This document shows, in pieces, positions 1-7,966 of a stretch of DNA of 15,746 nucleotides (its first letter is position 1; every line of letters starts with the position of its first letter). The notes beneath the pieces are model-generated. The model was given only the letters and a program-made list of their open reading frames with translations. It made no database searches and was not told the DNA's origin. The DNA is from Chlamydiota bacterium (GTDB lineage Bacteria; Chlamydiota; Chlamydiia; Chlamydiales; SM23-39): positions 1 to 15,746 of the forward strand of contig JBCAXK010000037.1 in assembly GCA_038534095.1 (NCBI GenBank), given 5' to 3'. Position numbers and translations under genes: made by a program.

Positions 1-163
1 ACCATTCCCCAGACAATATGTCTTTAGCTAGGAAGTGGGCTTTAAATATTCTTCGGGAAGTACAAGGAAAAAAAAGTATAAAGCGAACCCAAAACCGCTT
101 CTGTATGAATGGAAATCACCTTGAAGAAGTTTTTTGCAAGGAAATTTAAATGCGATCGCCCTG
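1..163 (+). mobile_element. Right end of an ISAs1-family insertion sequence (truncated by window start)
   Basis: An ISAs1-type transposase C-terminus (3-149) is followed immediately by TAAATGCGATCGCCCTG, ending at 163. The terminal ...GCCCTG is the complement of the CAGGG(C) end typical of ISAs1 inverted repeats. Confidence 0.8.
3..149 (+). CDS. ISAs1-family transposase, C-terminal fragment (5' part outside window)
   Basis: Not in the ORF track. Frame 3 reads HSPDNMSLARKWALNILREVQGKKSIKRTQNRFCMNGNHLEEVFCKEI*, matching the ISAs1 C-terminal pattern H(A/S)PxN(L/M)xxxRxxALNxLR...KxSIKxxR. Stop TAA at 147-149. Confidence 0.8.
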   Translation, partial: HSPDNMSLARKWALNILREVQGKKSIKRTQNRFCMNGNHLEEVFCKEI

Positions 164-382
164 GAAACAAGACAATTCTTTCTTGCGAAAAAAACGTTCC
201 GGAGTAAAATACTTCTTTTTTACCAGAGAATTTTTGCAAAAAAGTGCCCTGTGTTTAGTAGGTGTTTTAAGACCCAAAGTACACTTTTCTGCTTCTTGCA
301 AATTTTGGCTAAAGGAATGGAATGTGCTTGCAATAATGCAAAGTACAATCACAAATAAAATGACTACGGAGGTTAAGACTTT

Positions 383-1147
383 ATGGGTGCAGTAGCAAAT
401 ACATTGAACAACGCCTGGTCTTACATTTTAATGACATCTAACAAAATAGATCCAGGTAACATTGATGTTACTCTACCTAAAACCAGTGGAGATAAATCGT
501 TAATCTTTGAAATTAATAAAACATTTCAAAATAATTATGCGAAAAATACTGAGTATAAAGCTAAGATTTCTTTGGACGATAGAGATATCGTATTGAAAAT
601 CAACAGCGAAAATGATGAGATTACTCGTTTCTGGAAGAAATTAGCAGTTAGAGTTACCCGACGCTTTCAACAAGATCGGAACACAAACCCGTATAATCGG
701 GCTTCGAACGTCGGACCATTTTCTGTTCCAGGTGAGGAGAAAGGTGCAGGTGCTCCCCGTTCGAACACAAGCCTCAAAAAGAAAATCGATAACTGTGTCC
801 ACGCTTTTTTCCGGGAAGGGATCATGGACGGTTTTCCAGTAAAGCAGTTGAGCTATACTACTAAAGGGAATGAAAGCTCTATACATTGTAGGAATGTAGG
901 CAATGAGCCATTACCTAGCATTTTCGAGAAAGTGGTGACGAGTAACATTCGCCAATTCGTTACAGGGGCTAATGTCTCCATTCACTATACAGATTCTTCT
1001 AAAAAAAAATTTACTATTCAGGTAACAGAAGAAGCTGAGGAAGAAAAGGGGAGTTCAAATCAAAATACAGAGGGGGTGGTGGATACACCCGAGGACTCAT
1101 CAAAAAATTTCCATAGAGTGTTCGTGTTTGGAGATTTCGATCTTTGA
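383..1147 (+). CDS. Hypothetical protein (254 aa), candidate secreted effector
   Basis: Long ORF with GGAGG SD at 368-372, ATG start and tandem TGA-TGA stop. No recognisable domain. Acidic low-complexity tail ending FVFGDFDL. Confidence 0.8.
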   Translation: MGAVANTLNNAWSYILMTSNKIDPGNIDVTLPKTSGDKSLIFEINKTFQNNYAKNTEYKAKISLDDRDIVLKINSENDEITRFWKKLAVRVTRRFQQDRNTNPYNRASNVGPFSVPGEEKGAGAPRSNTSLKKKIDNCVHAFFREGIMDGFPVKQLSYTTKGNESSIHCRNVGNEPLPSIFEKVVTSNIRQFVTGANVSIHYTDSSKKKFTIQVTEEAEEEKGSSNQNTEGVVDTPEDSSKNFHRVFVFGDFDL

Positions 1148-1231
1148 TGAAAGAAAGAGTTTTTTTGGATTTTTGAAGGAACAAAACCTCTCCTCTTTTT
1201 TAGCATTCTTCTATTTGTTAAAATAGGTTGT

Positions 1232-2029
1232 ATGAAAGATTTGCTCAGAAATATTTGTTTTTTTTTCTTAGGTGCAATGATATTGATCCTACCCGCTTGC
1301 TCTCCTTGTTATCTTGGTAGGGAAGTTTGTGGGGTCGATGAATTTGTGATGGACTCTTACCAAGTTCAAGAGGGAAAGGTTGCCATTTTATCGTTGCAAG
1401 GAAAGGAAACCCAGCCTTTGAAGGAAGCGCTTTTAGAAAGAACGAGCTATCAGAATGGGTTTGTGGAGCTTGCGGGACTTGTAGAGGAACATGAGGTTCC
1501 TGTAGATGGGTCTATTGGCCTTTTTTCTGTGCTAGCGAAAGCGCGCATCTCGAGCGAAGCAAATCTGTTTAAGAGTTATGTCTCTAGACAAGGTGAACGC
1601 TTACCTGTAGACTTCTACCGCCTTTTGGTGGAAGGGGATATGTCGCAAAATATTTTGATGCAAGCGAGCGATAAAGTCTATGTGGCCGATCCTTACTCAG
1701 CGCACATCACCCTTCTTGGGGAAGTAGCATTAGAACAAAGAATCCCTGTGCCATCGGGGTTTCTTTCGCTAAGAGAGGCGATTGCGCAGGCTGGAGGGAT
1801 TCGCTTTACAGGGGATACCTCCTACATTCAAGTTATTCGGGGGGATAGCCCCGAGCCGAAAATCTACCGTTTGAATTGGGAGCATATACTCCATCTTCCT
1901 GAGAAAAGTCTTTTGTTGATCCCAGGAGATATTGTCTACGTAAGCTCTACCCCAATTGCAGAATGGCACCGTTTTTTATCCCAGCTTGTACCCAGTTTTT
2001 TTTCAGGAGAAGCTAGGACAAAACCGTAA
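1232..2029 (+). CDS. Wza-like (OPX/SLBB-domain) polysaccharide export lipoprotein, short form
   Basis: Signal peptide with lipobox LPAC. Two SLBB/beta-grasp-like repeats (VELAGLV...DFYRLLVEGDMSQNILMQASDKVYV; LLGEV...LSLREAIAQAGGI...LLLIPGDIVYV). C-terminal YVSSTPIAEWHRFLSQLVPS resembles the Wza D4 amphipathic helix. Confidence 0.8.
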   Translation: MKDLLRNICFFFLGAMILILPACSPCYLGREVCGVDEFVMDSYQVQEGKVAILSLQGKETQPLKEALLERTSYQNGFVELAGLVEEHEVPVDGSIGLFSVLAKARISSEANLFKSYVSRQGERLPVDFYRLLVEGDMSQNILMQASDKVYVADPYSAHITLLGEVALEQRIPVPSGFLSLREAIAQAGGIRFTGDTSYIQVIRGDSPEPKIYRLNWEHILHLPEKSLLLIPGDIVYVSSTPIAEWHRFLSQLVPSFFSGEARTKP

Positions 2030-2041
2030 GAAGGATCCTGC

Positions 2042-2069
2042 TTGCAAAAAATAGGAATGTTGCTATGGT
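2042..2069 (+). promoter_or_regulatory. Putative sigma70/sigma66-type promoter for the SDR-like gene
   Basis: TTGCAA (2042-2047), 16-nt spacer, TATGGT (2064-2069) preceded by TGn. Confidence 0.3.
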
Positions 2070-2133
2070 GTAAATGAGGTGTGGAGCCTTTTCCTATGAC
2101 AGGAATTTGCTCTGGAAATCGGTGTAGGTATTT

Positions 2134-2769
2134 ATGATTCGGAAGAATGTTTTGATCACAAAAGGATCCCATCCTTTTGCTCTTTCTCTTGCAGAAAGCC
2201 TTCTCCGTTTGGGTCATAGAGTCACTCTTCTCGATACTTTTCTTGAAGAGAAAAGCTCGATGGCTCATTTGCAAAACTACCCAGCCTTCCGTTTCCTTTT
2301 GCACGATATTTCTTGCGCGCTTTATGTGGATGTGGATGAAATTTATGACTTTTCCCATTACGCTCCCGAGGAAACTAGCTCGATGATTGCTTCGATGAAA
2401 GCGGTGGTCTTTGGATCCTTTCATCTTCTGTCTTTAGCCAAAAGGTCGAAAGCAAAATGCTTGTTTGTCCAAACTTTGGCTCGCTCGGAAAAGGGGGTCG
2501 AACAAGCAAAAATCTTTGCGAGGGCGTTTTGTTCCGAGTTTCAAAAGGAAGGCGTTTTAGCAAAAGTGGCGCAAGTCTCTTCAGAGGATGCGAGCAAGAT
2601 CGATGCTCATTTAGAAACTAGGAAAAAGACCAAAGAGGGCGATCTCTTTTTTGAGGAGGTGTTGCTCCGTATGATGGGGATGATGGAAAGCCAAGATTTC
2701 CTAAATAAAGACACCTTGATCCTGGATCAATGCCGCTTTTCAGAAGAGGAAGTGCCCGTTTTGGGGTAG
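2134..2769 (+). CDS. Degenerate NAD-dependent epimerase/dehydratase-family protein (UDP-glucuronate decarboxylase-like), probably non-catalytic
   Basis: N-terminal half aligns by eye with UXS/ArnA-type extended SDRs (NVLIT..., LLRLGHRVTLLDTF, HDISCALYVDVDEIY, LLSLAKRSKAK). TGGAGFIG is replaced by TKGSHPFA and YxxxK by VEQAK, and the protein is only 211 aa. Confidence 0.65.
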   Translation: MIRKNVLITKGSHPFALSLAESLLRLGHRVTLLDTFLEEKSSMAHLQNYPAFRFLLHDISCALYVDVDEIYDFSHYAPEETSSMIASMKAVVFGSFHLLSLAKRSKAKCLFVQTLARSEKGVEQAKIFARAFCSEFQKEGVLAKVAQVSSEDASKIDAHLETRKKTKEGDLFFEEVLLRMMGMMESQDFLNKDTLILDQCRFSEEEVPVLG

Positions 2770-5700
2770 AGTTCTCGGTACTTTTCTACCATTTTAAACG
2801 CTAGAGGAACTCCCTCTTTCCCCGCGTCTCCAAAGCGGAGAAAGACAATCACGACTAATTCTGGTTTTTCCCACTGTTCACCTGTTTCTTCGAAGCTGAG
2901 GCAACCAAACCAAATATCTTTGTAAATTTCTGGCTTTGCAGAAGGATGGACGCTAGAAAAATGGGACACTTCGGCTGTAGAGGTCTTCCCAATCAAAGAG
3001 GAACTACTTTCTTTATACCGTTTTTTGAGTAGGGGCTCTTTCCGAAAGCCTTTGATCACTTCTCCGCGCGCGCTCCCTTTTTTGCTGCCGACCACTTTCC
3101 CAAGAGCTGTATAGAGGTACTGTTTCACAATCGGAGGAAGAAAGAGTTTTTGTTTACAATGCTTTCCTCCATAGGGCTGATCCCCGAGTTTTCGTACGAT
3201 ACGTGGCTGTAATACCTCTCCGTTAGCAAAGGCTCCAAACATGCAAGCTGTTTGCAGCGCGCTTACGCTTAAGGTGTGCTGCCCAATAGCAAAAGAGTAG
3301 AGACCTGTAGTATTGGCCCGAAGATCATCGGGCAAATGCCCCCGAATTTCTCCTGGCAATTCGATGCCAGTTTTTTCTCCAAAACTGAGCGCCCGACTTG
3401 CGCACAAAAGGTCGAGCGGACTATCGAGATACTTTTTTGCAAGAAGGGCAAAGTAGGGGTTGCTCGATTGCTCTAAGGCTCCCATGAGATCAACTTTACC
3501 AATCCCATTTTTGTGCGATTTTGGAAGCCTACCTCCCTGGTAGTAACGGGTAAGTGGCTTTTTGCTTGCATCATAACCCACAATCATAGCGCTCTTTTTT
3601 TGCGCCGTTTGGATGTAGCGGATTTGGTCGGTGATGGTCAAAGGGCTCATCGAAGAAAAATCGGTGGGGCGTTCCCGCATTTTTTTACAAAGCGCGCTAT
3701 AAGACACAACGATTTTGAAAATCGATCCTAAGGTGAGGTTTTCCCGGTAAGCGTAGGATCTTGTAAATCCAAAACCGGTGAACGGGTAAAAGGCAGATGC
3801 TAAATGTTTTTCTTGTTTGGCGCCTTTTTTCCCCCTCACGTGGGCAGATTGGGCGTAAAGAGGCCTTGTAAGATCATGGTATGATCGGAAGGTGCGTAAA
3901 CATTCTTTGAATAGAGGAAATGGGAGTTTTTTTCCGATCTTTCTTAAAGATAGGAAAAGAGAAAAATAAGGATCTTGTTTTTTTAACCAGAGCAAGTAGG
4001 AGCAGTAGGGGTGGAGCTCTTCTTCTTGTAGAGGAGTTTCTTGCACGTAAGAAGCGATGAGAGGCAATCTTACTTTGTTCCAAAAATCGGCGAATAGAGC
4101 AGCCTCTTTTTCTTCCAAAAGATCGATGTAGGGTTTAGGAGAGCGTTTTTGCTGCTTTTCTTCTAGTCGTCGTTTACGTAAGAACGTTTTTCCCTGTTTT
4201 TGTCTCCAAGGTAAGAAGGTGATTTCATGAAAAAGCGCTTTTGCTTCTTTTTTTAACGCCGCTTCGAGCTGTTTTTCCTCTTGCCATAACGCAAAGTAGT
4301 TTGAGAGGGTCATGTTTCCGATCGAGCAGATAAGCTCGTTAGAAAAACTGGGGCTATGGACGCAAAGGCGCGCGAGATCGAGCAGAAAGAGCTTATCTCG
4401 GTAATCAAAGACTTTATCCCAAAAAGACCATTTTTCTCGGAAATGGACTGCTTTTTTTAGGAAGAGGGGAGACACCGCATCGTTCACAGAACTTTCCGCG
4501 GCATTTTGCGGGTAAAGAACAGCAAAAAGATCCCCCATCGTTTTTTCCCCCGAATGAAATAAAAGAGCTGCTGCGTCCTCTTGCAATGCGATCGCATCTT
4601 TGACACTTGTTAAAGAAAGAGCCGCCTCTTTCACGCTTCCATCTAGAATCAACGAGAGAAATTGCTCCCAAGAAAAGGTCATGGTCTCTTCATAAAACCC
4701 CCGCTCTTTATGGAACCTTTCTCGAACGAGTTGCTTTTTTCCTTCCCAAATATGGCTCAAATGGAGATCAGATTCGAGCCACGTATGTAAGTTTTTTCTT
4801 TTTTCAGAAGAGGAAAACACATTTTGTGATCGTATGTAGTCGTTTGGATCAAATCTAGGGTAGGAAGCAAGCGCAAGAATTTCCCCTGTATTAGGATCAA
4901 GCGCAACAATCGCGCCTCCTTTGATCCAGGGTTGCTTTTGGAGTAGGCGCTTTTGTTTTTGCACGTAGCTTCTCCCATCTCTTGTTTTTTCATCTTCTGC
5001 TAGGAGCTCTTCAGCATATAGCTGTAGAGGAAGAGAAATGTTGAGGGTTAGATTCTTTCCAGGGAGAGAAGGCTCACTTGCGATTTCTTGTAGAAAATTG
5101 CCTTTTGCTCCCACTTCGTACGTTTTTTTGCCGATAAAGCCTCGAAGATCCTTTTCAAATTGTTTTTCGATGCCAATTTTTCCGACAAAGTCGCGGGAAG
5201 CGTAGCCCCGCTTTTCCCGCTCTTGTTGCCTCTTTTCTAGGGCTGCGAGGCTTGCGATCCCTGGCGGGAGGTCAACGCAAGCTCCCTCTTGAGCGTTAGC
5301 TAGTAGGTCTTTCTCTTCCTGTTGTTCTTTTTGGATTTTTTTGAAAAAAGAGGGGGCAATAGCGCCCATATGTCCCAAAATTGCGCAGGCGACTTTCCCA
5401 TGGGGATAATGACGCTCTGAGGTGATTTCTGGGGTGAGGCCAGGCAAGTCCCGTTGCATCATCCGGAGCTGGTAGTATTGCTTTTCCGATAAATTTTTTT
5501 GCAAAACGTAGGGACTATGCGGGAACAGGGAGGCTTTTGCGTGAATTTCATCTTCGATTCTCCTCCAAGGAAGATCGAGCACTTCTGCTAGCTGTTTTGC
5601 TAGGGTTTCAATATAGGTTTTTCTTGGATAGATCCGCTTTTTCCCTGCCGTTTTTTGGGAAATCCACCGCACTCTTGGGATTTGCAGGATTTCTCCATAG

Positions 5701-5933
5701 TAAATACTTGCTTGATACATCATCCGATTGATCGCAAGAGGCTTCCCATCCCGGTCATGAATTTCCCCCCTTTGGGGTTTTTCAATCATGAACCGCTTTC
5801 TTGGAGCTAGCGCTTTTCTCTGGTAAAGTTCTTTTTCGACGACGCTGAGTTGCCAAGCTCGCAGCGACAAAAGAAAAAAGAGTAGTAAAATTCCCTTCAA
5901 TACTCGGCGGGCTTTTTCTCCAAGATAATCCAC
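2727..5933 (-). CDS. mrdA: Penicillin-binding protein 2 (chlamydial-type class B PBP)
   Basis: N-terminal TM anchor, RGEIHDRDG dimerisation motif, GGAIVALDPNTGEILALASYP, and transpeptidase motifs SIFK (SxxK), SSN (SxN), KTS. Large central insertion typical of chlamydial PBP2/PbpB. The frame is open to TTG at 5993; GTG at 5933 is the more likely start. Confidence 0.95.
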   Translation of the reverse strand: MDYLGEKARRVLKGILLLFFLLSLRAWQLSVVEKELYQRKALAPRKRFMIEKPQRGEIHDRDGKPLAINRMMYQASIYYGEILQIPRVRWISQKTAGKKRIYPRKTYIETLAKQLAEVLDLPWRRIEDEIHAKASLFPHSPYVLQKNLSEKQYYQLRMMQRDLPGLTPEITSERHYPHGKVACAILGHMGAIAPSFFKKIQKEQQEEKDLLANAQEGACVDLPPGIASLAALEKRQQEREKRGYASRDFVGKIGIEKQFEKDLRGFIGKKTYEVGAKGNFLQEIASEPSLPGKNLTLNISLPLQLYAEELLAEDEKTRDGRSYVQKQKRLLQKQPWIKGGAIVALDPNTGEILALASYPRFDPNDYIRSQNVFSSSEKRKNLHTWLESDLHLSHIWEGKKQLVRERFHKERGFYEETMTFSWEQFLSLILDGSVKEAALSLTSVKDAIALQEDAAALLFHSGEKTMGDLFAVLYPQNAAESSVNDAVSPLFLKKAVHFREKWSFWDKVFDYRDKLFLLDLARLCVHSPSFSNELICSIGNMTLSNYFALWQEEKQLEAALKKEAKALFHEITFLPWRQKQGKTFLRKRRLEEKQQKRSPKPYIDLLEEKEAALFADFWNKVRLPLIASYVQETPLQEEELHPYCSYLLWLKKQDPYFSLFLSLRKIGKKLPFPLFKECLRTFRSYHDLTRPLYAQSAHVRGKKGAKQEKHLASAFYPFTGFGFTRSYAYRENLTLGSIFKIVVSYSALCKKMRERPTDFSSMSPLTITDQIRYIQTAQKKSAMIVGYDASKKPLTRYYQGGRLPKSHKNGIGKVDLMGALEQSSNPYFALLAKKYLDSPLDLLCASRALSFGEKTGIELPGEIRGHLPDDLRANTTGLYSFAIGQHTLSVSALQTACMFGAFANGEVLQPRIVRKLGDQPYGGKHCKQKLFLPPIVKQYLYTALGKVVGSKKGSARGEVIKGFRKEPLLKKRYKESSSSLIGKTSTAEVSHFSSVHPSAKPEIYKDIWFGCLSFEETGEQWEKPELVVIVFLRFGDAGKEGVPLAFKMVEKYRELYPKTGTSSSEKRH

Positions 5934-6241
5934 AATAATTCCGGGCGAATCGGTTAGTCTATGATTTTGGCAAAGAATCTCATAGTAAAACAATCTGCAT
6001 ATTTTCCTTGGAAAAAAACGATTTTTTTAGGAAAATGGGTATTCGAATATTTATAAGAGTCTCTTATATCATTCGTTTTGATGGTAAAATTTGAGGAGAT
6101 GTTTCAAAACGCTCCTCATAGAAGTAAAAAATCATCCCCTTAATAGAATTTTTAGAAAACCGCAGTGTTTTTGTGAAAAAGGGGTTTTTGCCAAAATTCG
6201 CATGTTCAGGAGGCTCATTGCGAGCATGGATTTTAATTTTT

Positions 6242-6312
6242 GCGCCTGTAGTTCAATGGTAGAACAGTAGCCTTCCAAGCTACGAGTGTCAGTTCGATTC
6301 TGATCAGGCGCT
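6242..6312 (+). tRNA. tRNA-Gly (anticodon TCC)
   Basis: Acceptor GCGCCTG/CAGGCGC, anticodon arm GTAGC-CTTCCAA-GCTAC, T-loop TTCGATT. CCA not encoded. Confidence 0.97.
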
Positions 6313-6343
6313 ACAGATATGGTCATAGCCTAAAGGAGATACA

Positions 6344-7123
6344 TTGTCGTCACAACAGTCAGAAAAACAGGGTGTCACGATTCAACAATTGCTTGAGTCG
6401 GGAGCACATTTTGGGCATCAGAAAAAGCGTTGGAACCCAAAGATGCGCCGGTTCATTCTTGAAGAAAGAAATGGCATTTACATCATCAACCTAGCCAAAA
6501 CCATGCAACAAATTCGTGATGCCAACCAGGTTGTCATCGATGTTGTTGCGAAACACAAATCCATTTTATTTGTAGGAACAAAGAAACAGGCCAAAGCAGC
6601 CATTGAGCAGTTTGCGCAAGAAGCTGAAGAGTTCTACGTTTCTGAAAGGTGGCTCGGAGGGATGTTGACCAATCTGACTACAATTCGTAAGTCGGTCAAA
6701 AAGCTAGAAAGAATTGAAAAAATCATCAGCGCTGGATCCGAAGGTTTGAAGAAAAAAGAGATTGCTCGCTTGCAAAAAGAGCAGCAAAAACTTGAAAGAA
6801 ACCTCGCTGGAATTCGCGCGATGCGCAAACCTCCAGGGCTTGTCGTTGTCGTTGATCCTAATAAAGAGCATATTGCTGTTGCTGAAGCGAAGAAACTTGG
6901 TATTCCTGTCATGGCGATTGTCGATACAAACTGTGACCCCGATCCCATCGATTATGTCATTGCTTGTAATGATGATGCTCTGAAGAGCATCAAAGTGGTT
7001 CTCCATTCACTCATGCGAGCCATTGTGTCCAAAAAAGCAGAAATGCAAACAGCAACGAAAAAAGTGGAAAAAAAGCCCACGACTCTTGAAGAGGAAACAG
7101 GAAAAGAGGAAAACCATGGTTAG
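6344..7123 (+). CDS. rpsB: 30S ribosomal protein S2
   Basis: LLESGAHFGHQ..RWNPKM, LFVGTKKQA, RWLGGMLTN, VDTNCDP, NDDA motifs. TTG start with AAGGAG SD. Confidence 0.98.
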   Translation: MSSQQSEKQGVTIQQLLESGAHFGHQKKRWNPKMRRFILEERNGIYIINLAKTMQQIRDANQVVIDVVAKHKSILFVGTKKQAKAAIEQFAQEAEEFYVSERWLGGMLTNLTTIRKSVKKLERIEKIISAGSEGLKKKEIARLQKEQQKLERNLAGIRAMRKPPGLVVVVDPNKEHIAVAEAKKLGIPVMAIVDTNCDPDPIDYVIACNDDALKSIKVVLHSLMRAIVSKKAEMQTATKKVEKKPTTLEEETGKEENHG

Positions 7124-7961
7124 TATTCACGCCGATTTGATCAAAGAACTGCGCGCTATGACAGGCGTGGGTATGAGTAAGTGTAAAGAAGCTTTACAAG
7201 CTTCTTCTGGGGACTTGCAAGAAGCGGTCAATTACCTCCGAAAAAAAGGGATGGCATCGGGAGCAAAAAAAGAAGGCAGAGAGACCAAAGAGGGGAGAAT
7301 TGTCTTTTCTGAAGACGCCTCTGCTCTTGTCCTTGTGGAAATCAACGCAGAAACCGACTTTGTTGTAGAGAATAAAAAGTTTCAGGACTTTGCAAAAGAT
7401 GTAGCAGAGCAAGCCTTAGCTTCTCGCCCTGTCTCTCTAGAAGCATTTCTTCAAGAAAATTATGCGAAAGATCCTTCCATCACAATTGATCAATCTCGCA
7501 ATTTGGTGATCCAAACTTTGGGAGAAAATATTCAAATCAAAAGGCTTTCGATCGTTGAGAAAAAGCCAGGTACCTCTTTAGGGATCTATTCCCACATGGG
7601 GGGTAAAATTGTGTCTATGGTGGAGATTACTGGAAGTGAGCAACAAAAAGACCTCGCAAAAGAAATCTCGATGCACGTAGCCGCCTACCACCCAGAATTT
7701 TTGAAAGAAGAAGAGGTCCCTGAAGAGATTCAAGAGCGGGAAAAAGATATTGCTCGCTCACAAATGCAGGGAAAACCAGAAAATATCATCGAGAACATTC
7801 TTAAGGGGAAGCTCAAAGCGTTTTACGCTGAGAACTGTTTGATCCAGCAAAAATATGTCAAAGATCCGACAAAAACCGTTGAACAATTCGTTCGTGAAGA
7901 GGGGAAAAAGCAGGGAGAAACCTTGTATGTATCCGAGTTTTGGCGGTGGACTGTAGGGTAG
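7116..7961 (+). CDS. tsf: Translation elongation factor Ts
   Basis: IKELRAMTGVGMSKCKEAL, EINAETDFV, GENIQIKR, MHVAA motifs. True start is ATG 7116 (GAGG SD; overlaps the rpsB 3' end), not 7023. Confidence 0.97.
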   Translation: MVSIHADLIKELRAMTGVGMSKCKEALQASSGDLQEAVNYLRKKGMASGAKKEGRETKEGRIVFSEDASALVLVEINAETDFVVENKKFQDFAKDVAEQALASRPVSLEAFLQENYAKDPSITIDQSRNLVIQTLGENIQIKRLSIVEKKPGTSLGIYSHMGGKIVSMVEITGSEQQKDLAKEISMHVAAYHPEFLKEEEVPEEIQEREKDIARSQMQGKPENIIENILKGKLKAFYAENCLIQQKYVKDPTKTVEQFVREEGKKQGETLYVSEFWRWTVG

Positions 7962-7966
7962 ACTTC

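Noticed and set aside
358..368. AAATGACTACG shared (inverted) with 10858-10868 upstream of the methyltransferase
   Set aside because: A single 11-nt match at different distances from the start codons; cannot be distinguished from chance.
42..395. Several overlapping 65-81 aa ORFs
   Set aside because: They straddle the IS end and AT-rich promoter DNA, with no SD or homology cues.
2965..2994. KTS instead of KTG in the PBP2 triad as a sign of inactivation
   Set aside because: As I recall, KTS is the normal variant in chlamydial PBP2, and SxxK and SxN are intact.
6132..6326. 64-aa minus-strand ORF
   Set aside because: Antisense shadow of tRNA-Gly.
7023..7115. Lys-rich N-terminal extension of EF-Ts in the ORF track
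   Set aside because: It is the alternative frame of the rpsB tail. The real start is ATG 7116 with an SD.
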